Shown here in pieces: positions 38,045-47,968 of a DNA stretch of 64,000 nt. The notes under the pieces were generated by a model that was given only the letters and a program-made list of their open reading frames with translations, ran no database searches and was not told the DNA's origin. Position 1 is the first letter of the stretch; each line of letters begins with the position of its first letter. The position numbers and the translations under genes were made by a program. Source of the stretch: Candidatus Obscuribacteraceae bacterium (GTDB lineage: Bacteria; Cyanobacteriota; Vampirovibrionia; Obscuribacterales; Obscuribacteraceae); contig JBGASG010000005.1 in NCBI GenBank assembly GCA_044229845.1, positions 349,078 through 413,077 on the forward strand, written 5' to 3'.

Positions 38045-40053
38045 TGTTTGAGAAGAAACTTGTGTCATCGCTCGCCTGTCCGACTTGTGGTCTGCAAGTG
38101 GCAGAAACGCTCGATGCCTGTCCCAATGACGGAACCATTATTCGCGGGGCAGAGACGGCAGCCGACTCTTCGCTTCTGGAACGGTATAAGCTGCTTGAGC
38201 CGATTGGCGAAGGCGGCATGAGCGTCATTTATAAGGCTCGCCACTTGCTGATGGACAAAATAGTGGCGATCAAGTTGTTGCATGCGCGTTTGGGCGGCAG
38301 CCAGACGTCAGTGAAGCGGTTTCAGATGGAAGCCAAGGCAGCCAGTTTGCTCAATCACCCGAACATCATCGCGGTCCACGACTTTGGCGTGATGCCGAAC
38401 GGTACCGCGTTTCTAGTCATGGATTATGAGCCCGGTGAGAGCCTGGCAGCGTACATATCCAGTCATGGTCCGTTGTCCCCCCAGCAATCACTGCCGCTGT
38501 TCAAGGCACTTGCGGATGCACTGGATCACGCCCATCAGCAGGGTGTTCTGCATCGCGACCTGAAGCCCAGCAACATCATGATTGTTCAGAGCGCATCGGG
38601 AGAACTGACAGGCAAAATCGTCGACTTCGGTATCGCCAAGGTTCTGGACCCACAAGCGGAATCCGGTGCCAAGCCGCAGCTTACCGCCACCGGCGAAGTA
38701 TTCGGCAGCCCTTCCTATATGAGCCCGGAGCAGTGTCAGGGAGCCGAACTGGACAACCGCTCAGATATTTATTCGCTTGGTTGCCTGATGTACGAAGCGT
38801 TGTCCGGCAAACCACCGTTTGCTGGAGCGAATACCCTCGAAATTCTGTTCAAGCAAATCAATGAAGATGTGACACCGCTGGTGATGCCAGGTAATCCGCG
38901 CCTCGAAAGTGGACTCAACACAATTCTAAAACGATGCCTCGTCAAAGATCGCGAAGGCAGGTATGCGAACGCACGCGAGATCGCCAACGACATCGCGACA
39001 CTCGAAGAAGGTGGTGCGCTTGCCGACGCTGGTGTTCGCCGATCTAGAGAGCAGCAGCCGGGTCTGTTGCGAGCCCTCAAGCAGCCCCGGACTCAGATTA
39101 CCGCATTGTTGATCGTGGTTGCCGTCGCTTTGCTCAATGTCTTCGCCTTCAAACCCGCACAACAACCGGCCCACGAACTGCACGCGCCACCAGAAGCAGT
39201 GCCAAACATCGAGCCCAATCTTCGCCCACCCGAGGATAAGCCTTCTGGGCAAGCGGTAGCGTTTCCTGAAAAGCCCTTTGCCAGCAACCGACTCGCTCGC
39301 CGGTTCACAGACGCGGACGCACTGGCAATTTTCACGCCGCAGCGCGACTATCGCCGCATCGACTTGAGTCACACCAGCGTCACCGACACTTCGTTGAAAG
39401 TGCTGGAACCATACCATCACTTGACCTTTCTCGCGCTCGACAATACAGCCGTAACCGACAGCGGTCTAACCACTCTGAAGAATATTCCATCGCTCGAGTT
39501 CTTGAGTGTGATGAACAACTATCAGATCGACAATGCCGGGCTGGCGTCGCTGTCCGAGTTGCGTGGGCTGAAATGCTTGCATCTCAATCGCTCGCCCAAC
39601 ATCAGCGATGGTGGCATGAAGCACCTCGCCAAGCTGAACAAATTGACCACGCTTGGACTGAGCTACACGCACATCGGCACCGATGGCATGATCTACGTAC
39701 TCAAGACCCATCCAAACCTGGAACACTTCTCAGCAGGCTCACCGCAAGTTGATGATGCGGCGATAAACGGCATGCCGCTAATGAGTTCGCTGCGCTCACT
39801 AAGACTGCAACAGAGTGCCATCAGCGACAAGAGTCTGCAGATCATCGCCGACAAGTGTCCGAAACTGACGTCCCTCAATATTCAGGGCACTGCTGTCACC
39901 TACGATGGTTTGAAATCACTTTTGCTCAAACTGCCCGGTCTGACGCAGCTATTTTGCAAAGACTGCCCAAATCTAAGTCCCGAGCAGCTCGATCTTTTGA
40001 AACAAGCGAAGCCAGGAATGAAAATCAACGAAGCAACTGCCGAAGCGCGGTAG
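38044..40053 (+). CDS. Hanks-type Ser/Thr kinase with zinc ribbon, TM and LRRs (tandem paralogue)
   Basis: Same architecture; ATG at 38044 overlaps the upstream TAA. Confidence 0.93.
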   Translation: MFEKKLVSSLACPTCGLQVAETLDACPNDGTIIRGAETAADSSLLERYKLLEPIGEGGMSVIYKARHLLMDKIVAIKLLHARLGGSQTSVKRFQMEAKAASLLNHPNIIAVHDFGVMPNGTAFLVMDYEPGESLAAYISSHGPLSPQQSLPLFKALADALDHAHQQGVLHRDLKPSNIMIVQSASGELTGKIVDFGIAKVLDPQAESGAKPQLTATGEVFGSPSYMSPEQCQGAELDNRSDIYSLGCLMYEALSGKPPFAGANTLEILFKQINEDVTPLVMPGNPRLESGLNTILKRCLVKDREGRYANAREIANDIATLEEGGALADAGVRRSREQQPGLLRALKQPRTQITALLIVVAVALLNVFAFKPAQQPAHELHAPPEAVPNIEPNLRPPEDKPSGQAVAFPEKPFASNRLARRFTDADALAIFTPQRDYRRIDLSHTSVTDTSLKVLEPYHHLTFLALDNTAVTDSGLTTLKNIPSLEFLSVMNNYQIDNAGLASLSELRGLKCLHLNRSPNISDGGMKHLAKLNKLTTLGLSYTHIGTDGMIYVLKTHPNLEHFSAGSPQVDDAAINGMPLMSSLRSLRLQQSAISDKSLQIIADKCPKLTSLNIQGTAVTYDGLKSLLLKLPGLTQLFCKDCPNLSPEQLDLLKQAKPGMKINEATAEAR

Positions 40054-40054
40054 C

Positions 40055-40438
40055 TTACTGCTTCATGTATGTAAGGATGATGTGCTTGCTGGCAACTTGG
40101 ACGTTGGCGGCTTCTACTTTCTTGCCGTCGCCACCGACGTTTTTGAAGCCATTGATCACAAAGGTGTCACCCTTTTGATCGACCTTCACTTTTTCCCAGC
40201 CGCCTTTCTCCAATTCAGTTTTGTAGTACTCAGCAATTTTGGCTGGATCATCGGTGCAATCGAGCACCAGCGAGCGCGCGCCGATTACTTCGCGATAGGC
40301 ATCATTGGGAGCCGTTGCACCTGGGTAAACAGGTAGTGGATAGTCTGCAGGCATGGGCTTTCCAGACATCCCGCATGCTGAAACTGACACGATAATCGCT
40401 GCCGTCATAATCGCTTGGCAGGCGCTTGCTTTGTTCAT
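40055..40438 (-). CDS. Hypothetical lipoprotein
   Basis: Lipobox VSAC; PADYPLPVYPGA. Confidence 0.7.
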   Translation of the reverse strand: MNKASACQAIMTAAIIVSVSACGMSGKPMPADYPLPVYPGATAPNDAYREVIGARSLVLDCTDDPAKIAEYYKTELEKGGWEKVKVDQKGDTFVINGFKNVGGDGKKVEAANVQVASKHIILTYMKQ

Positions 40439-40471
40439 CCGTTCATCTTCTCCTGGAACGCGCTAACTGAT

Positions 40472-43400
40472 CTATTCCCAGATCATCCGCTTGGAAATAC
40501 TTGGACCGAGACCAAAGTATTTTCCCAGCAATTCTGGCTTTGTTTCAGTGGCGAGTACAAATCCAGGGCTGACATATTTATTCCAGGCATTCTGAAAAGC
40601 TTCACGGCCGCGTTCGCTTCTAGCCAGCAGCGCCGGTACCGCATGATAACTGGCAATACGCGGCTGGGCTCGTCCGTCCAGATAGGATGCAAAGAACTGC
40701 TCTTCGCTGACTTCATTCTCTTGCGTGCCTTCTGGCACCACAGGTGGTGGGACCTGCTGCCAGGGCAAAAGACGCTTTTCCTTCTTCGCCTTGGGAAAAC
40801 CAAACTCGTACTTGGGCACCACATATGGTTGGTTGGTTACCGGCTCCAACGCTTCCCGTACGCATTTCACAAAATACTCGGCGTGCTCGGTATCGACGTC
40901 GTCCAGAAAGACACGATAGCTGCCGTCTGAACGAATTGTGACGGTCACATGCTCCTTTTCTATCGTGCGCGGTAACAGCTTAGCTGCCTGCAGAGCGGAG
41001 AGAACGGCAATACCGATGTCCTTCAAGGAAGAGTCTTGTGTATTCGGCCTACAGATCTCTTGCTTGTGCTTGCTGTAGAGCTGATTGAATTTCCTGATTC
41101 CCATGGCGATCGCCGCTGCCATCAAAACAATTGCGCAGAGTGGCGGCGCACCAAAATGATTGAGCACAACGCCGGCGAATACTGTGAGAAACAGACCCAG
41201 GAATCCGTATTCCAGCCAGACACCGCTCAGCGATGCACGCAAAAGCTTGGCGTGCTCTTTGTACGGAACGCTCATGCGAATGTTTGGAGGTGTGAGAGCC
41301 AACTTGCGCAAGCCTGTCACTTCCACGCAACCGAGCATGCGATTGGCATACGTCGCACCCACGCCCCATTTGTCATAAGCATCGTCGCGCTTGAGCGCCC
41401 GCTCGACCATCTCAGAATTGAAAGCCTCCTGGTGCGCGAAAACTTCCGCCGGAGTCAATTCGGAAAACGAAGGATGGACATGCCCCACCCCGCACTCGAT
41501 CTGTCCGTCATCAGCAATGCCGAAATAGCCGGCATGTTTGCGAGCAAAACGCTGATAGTCGTTGAGACCCTTCTCCAAATGAGGCGCGATACAGACTACA
41601 TCCCAATTGTTGGCGACTTTGCGAGCACCGAGAGGATCTGTGGTATTCAAACGAATTGATCGACCACGCAACTGCTTGACAGAGACCGGAGTAGTGGTCG
41701 TAGTCAAATCGATCAATGTGTTGAGAGCCTGACAGTCCCAACCTTCTCCAAAGATGCCGCGCGTGCCGATCAGGCACTTGGTGATACCACGTTCGAGCAA
41801 CTGGGTCGCCAGTCCCACGTAGAGTCGAGCCTGCCATTCCGTGCTGCCGGCAATGATCTCGCAATACTCAGGCAGCGGCTCCGGGGGCGACGGTGGCACA
41901 AATGACATAGCGCGCGCGGCGAGCGTTTCTTCATCTTCAGAAATGGGAGAATCGAAGTCCACGTAGTCGATGCGTGAGTGCGCAACCGGCTTCGTGAGTA
42001 TCTTGCGCTCCAGATCGGTTTCCTCCCCGCCAGAGACCGCGACCGTATCCTGATAGAAGCAATCAACCATCTCGTCGTGCACAGGTTGGCTTGCGGCATA
42101 GACCGCATCTGCGGCATCAACCACGTCACCCTGCACATCGGCAAGCGCGGCATCCGCAGCCGCGTGCAACGCTTTGCGGCGTTCTTCGTCGACCAGTTCA
42201 GCGCGCACCGTGAAGTTGTATCCGTTCTCCTTCAGCAACTCGTTCATCGCATCGACAAACTGCTCTTGAATGCGAGCGTCAACCATGAGAAGCGATCCGG
42301 TCACAAGACACGGATTGGTAAACAAGCCCGCCGGTCTGATCAGCACCTCGCGCAGCACGGCAATGGCGCCACCTGACTGGGCGTCGAGTATACCTTTGGC
42401 TGACTTCACTGATGTCGCCGACATCCGTTCGAAGTCCGTGACCACCGCCACGCGCAGCTTGTCTCCGACGTTCCGGTATTCGACGTCGAGAATCTCTGCC
42501 ACCGCCTTTGGTTTACTCTTGCTGAAGGCGAGGATACGATCCACGTTGGATGCTTTTTTGCGCAGTCCTTTTTCAGTGAGCCCATATCCCAGTTTGCCCA
42601 CAGCCGATCTGACGCGTTCATAGAGCTGATGGTGCTCCGGCAACGGACTGACTTTCAAATAGGCAAGAGCGAACTCTTCGAGCAGGCACATCCAGTCTTC
42701 CAGGGTCGGCGGCTGCCTGAATGAGTCGGCCATTTCAATGTGCGGAACATCCAGTTTGTTTTTGAAGACGTAGCGTCCCAGTGCCTGTGCCAACTCTGAC
42801 TTTTCAGAGAGAAACTTGCGCCAGCCTTTCTTGCCGGCTTGAGTTCCGACTTCGATCACCCAGGTGGAGAGAAGTGAAGGCTCTGCCGCCACCAGTTCAT
42901 CCAACAACTGGTGGAACTCGTCGTGTTGCTCTTCTAAATAGCGCTCTTCCTTCTCGGTCGGCTGTGTGAAGTAAACCAGATCTTGGAACGGCGCCAGTCC
43001 ACCTTCACGCACCAGGGCTGGTGTCGGCACCTGATAATCGATTTCACCTACCAGAGAGATGTAGCGATTCTCCTGCTTGACCGATTTGCCCTCGGGAGGA
43101 GTGCCGGTCAGTCCAATGACAACTGCATCATCGAGGCGGCTGACGACCTGAGTCATGACGGCTGCCCAGTAGTCTGTGAGGTGGTGGCACTCGTCGAAGA
43201 CCACGACTCTAAACTTCTGACGCCGCAATGCTTGCAATAGCGCCAGCGCATTCGGGTGCAGCACTTCTTTCAGATCGATTACGTCGGAGAGCTTGCGGCG
43301 CAACCGACTGATGTGGCGAGACATCTCCTTGTCGAAGGCGCGTTTGTTGTTTTGCATCAACTCCATGATGCGCAGTTCCGCGTCGCCCTGAGTCGGGCAG

Positions 43401-43921
43401 GTGCTGCCAATCAGCTCCTGCACCCACTCATTGTGAGCCAGCTTTTGCAAGTACTCCACTTCTCGGCCCGGCGTCGAAAGCACTTGATAGGTGAGCAGCG
43501 TAATCGGCTTGAGAGGCTTTTCTTCATGGGTGCCGATCAGATCCTGCACGCCATAGCCGACTAACTCCGGCGGCAAGAAGAGATCCAGCTTTTGTCCCCA
43601 CTGAGCCTGAATGGTTGTCGTCGGGCAGACTACAAGCGCGTTGTGTTTCAATTCAGAAATCAGTTGCAGTCCAATAATCGTCTTGCCTGCCCCGGGAGGA
43701 GCGACGATGTGCAACTGTTTCTCACCGCGCTCAATCTTGAGTTTGACCAGCTCGAGAATTTCCTGCTGGTACCGGCGGAGCGGGTAGCGAAAGTTCAGTC
43801 CATCGAGCGGACTTTTCTCGACCGGCTGATCGGACACTGGCTCCACCGTCGGCACCTTTTCAGGTTGCGAAGATTTGTCTTCCGGCAATGGGGACCCACC
43901 ACGATTGAACAAGCCGAGCAA
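40472..43921 (-). CDS. SF2 DEAD/DEAH-box (ResIII-like) helicase with a C-terminal TM hairpin
   Basis: LRRYQ, PPGAGKT, DECHH, LTGTP, GEGWD, QLRGRSIR; two hydrophobic helices near the C-terminus. Confidence 0.88.
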   Translation of the reverse strand: MLGLFNRGGSPLPEDKSSQPEKVPTVEPVSDQPVEKSPLDGLNFRYPLRRYQQEILELVKLKIERGEKQLHIVAPPGAGKTIIGLQLISELKHNALVVCPTTTIQAQWGQKLDLFLPPELVGYGVQDLIGTHEEKPLKPITLLTYQVLSTPGREVEYLQKLAHNEWVQELIGSTCPTQGDAELRIMELMQNNKRAFDKEMSRHISRLRRKLSDVIDLKEVLHPNALALLQALRRQKFRVVVFDECHHLTDYWAAVMTQVVSRLDDAVVIGLTGTPPEGKSVKQENRYISLVGEIDYQVPTPALVREGGLAPFQDLVYFTQPTEKEERYLEEQHDEFHQLLDELVAAEPSLLSTWVIEVGTQAGKKGWRKFLSEKSELAQALGRYVFKNKLDVPHIEMADSFRQPPTLEDWMCLLEEFALAYLKVSPLPEHHQLYERVRSAVGKLGYGLTEKGLRKKASNVDRILAFSKSKPKAVAEILDVEYRNVGDKLRVAVVTDFERMSATSVKSAKGILDAQSGGAIAVLREVLIRPAGLFTNPCLVTGSLLMVDARIQEQFVDAMNELLKENGYNFTVRAELVDEERRKALHAAADAALADVQGDVVDAADAVYAASQPVHDEMVDCFYQDTVAVSGGEETDLERKILTKPVAHSRIDYVDFDSPISEDEETLAARAMSFVPPSPPEPLPEYCEIIAGSTEWQARLYVGLATQLLERGITKCLIGTRGIFGEGWDCQALNTLIDLTTTTTPVSVKQLRGRSIRLNTTDPLGARKVANNWDVVCIAPHLEKGLNDYQRFARKHAGYFGIADDGQIECGVGHVHPSFSELTPAEVFAHQEAFNSEMVERALKRDDAYDKWGVGATYANRMLGCVEVTGLRKLALTPPNIRMSVPYKEHAKLLRASLSGVWLEYGFLGLFLTVFAGVVLNHFGAPPLCAIVLMAAAIAMGIRKFNQLYSKHKQEICRPNTQDSSLKDIGIAVLSALQAAKLLPRTIEKEHVTVTIRSDGSYRVFLDDVDTEHAEYFVKCVREALEPVTNQPYVVPKYEFGFPKAKKEKRLLPWQQVPPPVVPEGTQENEVSEEQFFASYLDGRAQPRIASYHAVPALLARSERGREAFQNAWNKYVSPGFVLATETKPELLGKYFGLGPSISKRMIWE

Positions 43922-43993
43922 TTGGACCGCTTTCTAGTGACTTTGCATCACCAAAATAGCCTACTGAACGGCGACTTGCAACCGATTGGGCAT

Positions 43994-44452
43994 CTATTCG
44001 TCCCCATGGACTTCCGCAGACGGAGGCGGCGTTTTCGACTCCGTCTGCAGGTAGGCGGTGGCATCTTTGAGCGTCTGCATCTTATCGAAGTCGCTGTCAG
44101 GAATATCTCTATCGAACGCCTGTTCGAGTGCCAGATGTATATGCACTTTCGTCAGGTCATCGGTCTTCAAATCTTCGACAAAACGGGATTGTCTCGTCAA
44201 CAATTCCGGTTTCATGTTGACCTCGTGAGCCACGATGTTGCGCACTTTGACGAACATCTCTTCTTCCTTGGAGGTCGGCGCCGCCTCGGCGGTTGTGGAT
44301 GTCGAGGCAGCTGTCTCCATCGAGTTAGAGGTTGCGGTGGTTGCCTCGGTGGAAGTCGCTGTGGATGTGGTGGCAGGACCACTGACACCGCCTCTGCAAC
44401 CGGCCGCGAACATAGCGCCGATCATTGCACCGAGGATGAGCGTGTTTCTCAT
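43994..44452 (-). CDS. Lipoprotein with an acyl-carrier-protein-like domain lacking the phosphopantetheine Ser
   Basis: Signal peptide with AAGC, Thr/Ser/Ala linker, KVRNIVAHE...FVEDLKTDDL...ALEQAFDRDIPD..FDKMQTLKDA. Confidence 0.75.
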   Translation of the reverse strand: MRNTLILGAMIGAMFAAGCRGGVSGPATTSTATSTEATTATSNSMETAASTSTTAEAAPTSKEEEMFVKVRNIVAHEVNMKPELLTRQSRFVEDLKTDDLTKVHIHLALEQAFDRDIPDSDFDKMQTLKDATAYLQTESKTPPPSAEVHGDE

Positions 44453-44475
44453 ATTGATTCTCACAAGATTCCCCT

Positions 44476-45213
44476 CTAAATTCTGGCGGCTTCCTGCCGC
44501 AGTTGCTCTGCTCGTAATTCCAACGCTTGAATGGGTTTCGTAGGTTCATAGAGTTTGTATGAAATGAAGGCACCAAGGGCAAAAACAGCGCCCGTCACCA
44601 AGATAGCATCGCCGACTGGATGCATGGAGATAACCTTCACCATCGCATCACTGAATGTCGCGTGGTTCGAATCGCCAAATATCATTCCGACAGCGTCCAC
44701 ACAGAAAACCAGAAGTACCGGAGCCCAGCACACGAAAAACAACGCACCGAGAATGTAAGTCACCGACTCCAAGACAACGGCCGGGACTAACGATGGATGC
44801 TTCTTCTTTTCTGCCTCAGCTTCCAGCTGATAGTAACTGGCGAGTTCCTTGTACCCGTCGACAATGGCTGGATCGTGCTTGTGCAGCAGGCGACGAGTAA
44901 GTGGTGGTTCCAGAACCAGGCGGGCTGCATGACAGTCGCCGGCGCGCACCAGTTCGGTAGCTTTCTGTCTGGCCTCCAGCACCTCGTTCAGGTCGTCTTG
45001 AACGATTTTATTCTTCGCATCTATCAGGGATTGCTCGGTATCGATCAGCGCTTGTTTCGTCTGCTTGACCTTCTCGGTCACGTGTTTGATTTTGTCAGAC
45101 CAGCCTTCCGCGCCTGCAGTTCGTGTAAAGAATAAACCCGATGCGGCCGCGACCACAGTCGCCAAAGCGACAGCCCAAACACAAAAACTGCTTCTGCCAA
45201 GTGCGATGGTCAC
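44476..45213 (-). CDS. Hypothetical membrane protein
   Basis: Signal peptide, coiled coil, two TM. Confidence 0.55.
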   Translation of the reverse strand: MTIALGRSSFCVWAVALATVVAAASGLFFTRTAGAEGWSDKIKHVTEKVKQTKQALIDTEQSLIDAKNKIVQDDLNEVLEARQKATELVRAGDCHAARLVLEPPLTRRLLHKHDPAIVDGYKELASYYQLEAEAEKKKHPSLVPAVVLESVTYILGALFFVCWAPVLLVFCVDAVGMIFGDSNHATFSDAMVKVISMHPVGDAILVTGAVFALGAFISYKLYEPTKPIQALELRAEQLRQEAARI

Positions 45214-45312
45214 AAAATAAACACAAACCGCCTGCCAGCCAGCCCCTATATTAGCACCAGCCTGTAACGAGCAGCATCACGCCCCGAGCCTGTGCGAACA
45301 CAGATTGCTGTT

Positions 45313-46107
45313 TTATGTCCCGACAGTTGAAGTCGGACAGAGGTGGTTGATCGGGCACTGCGGGCAATCGGGATTGCGTGCCATGCATAGCCGCCGTCCA
45401 TGCCAGATGAGCGTTATGGAGTATTGATGCCACGGCTGATTTGGAAACAGTTTCTGCAAAGCAAACTCGATTTTCGTTGGATCAGCCTCATCAGTAAAAC
45501 CAAGCCGCTTGACCAGTCGCTGCACGTGCGTGTCCACAGTCCACGCTGGTTGATCGTGAATCACACCAAGCAACACGTTGGCAGTCTTCCGTCCCACACC
45601 CGGCAAGGTGATCAGGTCATCCATATTATCTGGAACCTTGCCACCAAAGTTTTGGACCAGCGCCTGAGCACACTTTTGAATGTTAGTAGCTTTGGCGTTG
45701 TAGTAACCGGTTGGAATAATCAAAAACTTCACTTCGTCAAGATCAGCCTCCGCCAGCGCTTTCGGCGTCGGAAAATGTTTAAACAAGGCTGGTGTAACGC
45801 GGTTGACCGTAGCATCGGTGGTCTGCGCCGAGAGAATTACCGAAATCAACAACTCGTAATCATTGTTGTAGGTCAGCTCACACTCAGCGTCAGGATACTG
45901 CTCACACAAGATGCGCATTTCGGCCGACGCCGTCTCCTGTCCTACCTTTCTAAAAGAATTATCCGCGGAATTGGCTTTACCTTTCTTTTTGGCAGCCGCC
46001 TTTCCTGCCAGAGCGGCACCGCCCGTGGTTTTTCCGGCGGCTCCCTTCGGAGTCTTTGCGGCGGGTTTCTTTGCGGTTGGTTTCTTATCGGCAGGTTTCT
46101 TGGGCAT
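45313..46107 (-). CDS. nth: Endonuclease III
   Basis: LSAQTTD, HhH LPGVGRKTANV, VDTHV, C-x6-C-x2-C-x5-C FeS motif. Confidence 0.95.
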   Translation of the reverse strand: MPKKPADKKPTAKKPAAKTPKGAAGKTTGGAALAGKAAAKKKGKANSADNSFRKVGQETASAEMRILCEQYPDAECELTYNNDYELLISVILSAQTTDATVNRVTPALFKHFPTPKALAEADLDEVKFLIIPTGYYNAKATNIQKCAQALVQNFGGKVPDNMDDLITLPGVGRKTANVLLGVIHDQPAWTVDTHVQRLVKRLGFTDEADPTKIEFALQKLFPNQPWHQYSITLIWHGRRLCMARNPDCPQCPINHLCPTSTVGT

Positions 46108-47080
46108 GAGGTTGCGTGCACACACCGTGGTTGAGAGTCTCGGCAAGGTAGAAATCCCAGGGCGGACCTTTCATGGTAGGCGACGTGGAACCATATATGA
46201 ATCCATCGTCATCGTTGCGCAGCATGCGCCGTCTAATGCTGTGCGCCATCTGGCGGTTAGCGACAACACTAAAAATTGTCGGCCCGCTGCCGGTCATCTG
46301 GCAGTACCAGCTGCCCTGATCATACAAAGATTTCGAGATAGCTTGCAACTCAGGATGCTCCTCGAAAACCAGAGGTTGGAAGACATTTCCAAGTCCAGCC
46401 AGCAGTTTTTCGAGATCACCTTCGCGTAGAGCGTCGATGGACTGCTGCAGATTCGGGCGTTTGATCAGCGATGCCGCCTCAGACCGTTCTTGATAGCGAT
46501 CGAAAGCAGAATAAACCCACGGCGTTGAGACGGACAGCCGGCGCGGCTTTACGATGCAAAGAAACATCTGACAGTTATTTTCAAGCGGCGTCAACAGGTC
46601 ACCTTTACCTCTTCCGAGCATGGTGCCGCCGGTCAGGCAAAACGGCAAGTCGGCGCCCAACCGTCCGGCAATTTCCGAAAGCCGGACCGATGAAAGCGGC
46701 GAACCGAACAACTGATTCAATCCGAATAGCATCGCCGCACCGTCGGTACTACCACCAGCCATGCCACCACCGATAGGGAGGAGTTTATTGACCTTGACGG
46801 TGCTTTGAAAGGTTTCTCCAGTGGCTTCTGCAAATTCCCTGGCAGCGCGCGCGATCAAGTTGGTTCCATCCAGAGGGAAGTCGGCGCACGGAGAGCCTTC
46901 GCGCAGGCACTGCAGCTCGACGCGCGTATCCCTTGCTTCAGCGACTTCAATCTCCAGTTCGTCGCAAACATCGACAGACTGGAAAATAGTTTCTATCTCG
47001 TGATAGCCTCCGGGCAGCAAACCGAGAACGTCCAACGTCAGATTGATTTTGCCAGGAGCCAGCAGCGTGATGGAGCGCAT
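46085..47080 (-). CDS. ispE: 4-diphosphocytidyl-2-C-methyl-D-erythritol kinase
   Basis: PGKINLTL, GYHEIETIFQ, PIGGGMAGGSTDGA, LGADLPFCL, MTGSGPT. Confidence 0.95.
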   Translation of the reverse strand: MRSITLLAPGKINLTLDVLGLLPGGYHEIETIFQSVDVCDELEIEVAEARDTRVELQCLREGSPCADFPLDGTNLIARAAREFAEATGETFQSTVKVNKLLPIGGGMAGGSTDGAAMLFGLNQLFGSPLSSVRLSEIAGRLGADLPFCLTGGTMLGRGKGDLLTPLENNCQMFLCIVKPRRLSVSTPWVYSAFDRYQERSEAASLIKRPNLQQSIDALREGDLEKLLAGLGNVFQPLVFEEHPELQAISKSLYDQGSWYCQMTGSGPTIFSVVANRQMAHSIRRRMLRNDDDGFIYGSTSPTMKGPPWDFYLAETLNHGVCTQPHAQETCR

Positions 47081-47086
47081 CGCAGA

Positions 47087-47968
47087 TCAGACACTCTTTT
47101 GATCGATAGCGTCTGTAAGTCTAGCAAACTGTTCCAGCGAAAGCCGCTCCGCTCGTACCTGCGGATCAAAATTGAGGCGCTCGAAAATTTCACCAATCTC
47201 GTCAGGCGAGAGGCGCAAGAAGGAAAGGTTGTTTTTCAGCATCTTGCGCCGCTGTTTAAAACCGGCTTTGATCACCTGCCTGAGCAATGTGTGGTTGCGG
47301 CACTCGACGCGCACCGCCGGAGCGGGAGTCAAGCTGACCACTGCGGATGTCACTTTCGGGCGCGGGAAAAATGCATCGGGTGGTATCACCCGCACAATAT
47401 GCGCCTGGCAAAAATAGGAAACCAACAAGCTGACCTGGCTGTAATCCTTACTGCCTGGTGTGGCTACCATGCGCTCTGCAACTTCTTTCTGTACCGTGAT
47501 CACGATGTTTTCAATGCGCGAAAGCCACGGCGCCGGTCTGCCAATTTCACCGAGCAGATGTCCGAGAATCAGTCCCGTGATCTGGTACGGCACATTGCCC
47601 ACTACTTTGAAGTTCTTCCGCTCAGGCGCTATTTGCTGCAAGTCCATCTGCAGGAAATCGCCGTGCTCGAGCGTCAGGTTGTCGTAGTTTCTCGCCTTCA
47701 AATAGCCAATTGCATCGCGATCGAGATCGATTGCCACCACATGTGCACCGGTATTCAGCAAGAAGCGCGTCAAGAAACCAGCACCCGGCCCGATTTCCAG
47801 TACAGTATCGCCGGTGGTGGCATGGCTGGCGGCGGCAATCAATTGCAGCAGTTCGGCATTTACCAAGAAGTGCTGTCCCAACCGTTTCTTAGTGTGAAAC
47901 GACCGCGCTTCTTTGAGCATGCCTTCCGTCGTGGTAGTGATGGTGGTCACGGCGGACTGACGACTCAC
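47087..47968 (-). CDS. rsmA: 16S rRNA m6(2)A dimethyltransferase
   Basis: KKRLGQHFL, EIGPGAG, GNVPYQIT, QKEVAER, FFPRPKVTS. Confidence 0.95.
   Translation of the reverse strand: MSRQSAVTTITTTTEGMLKEARSFHTKKRLGQHFLVNAELLQLIAAASHATTGDTVLEIGPGAGFLTRFLLNTGAHVVAIDLDRDAIGYLKARNYDNLTLEHGDFLQMDLQQIAPERKNFKVVGNVPYQITGLILGHLLGEIGRPAPWLSRIENIVITVQKEVAERMVATPGSKDYSQVSLLVSYFCQAHIVRVIPPDAFFPRPKVTSAVVSLTPAPAVRVECRNHTLLRQVIKAGFKQRRKMLKNNLSFLRLSPDEIGEIFERLNFDPQVRAERLSLEQFARLTDAIDQKSV

Noticed and set aside
40472..43921. Type III restriction-modification system
   Set aside because: No adjacent methyltransferase and no PD-(D/E)xK motif recognised.
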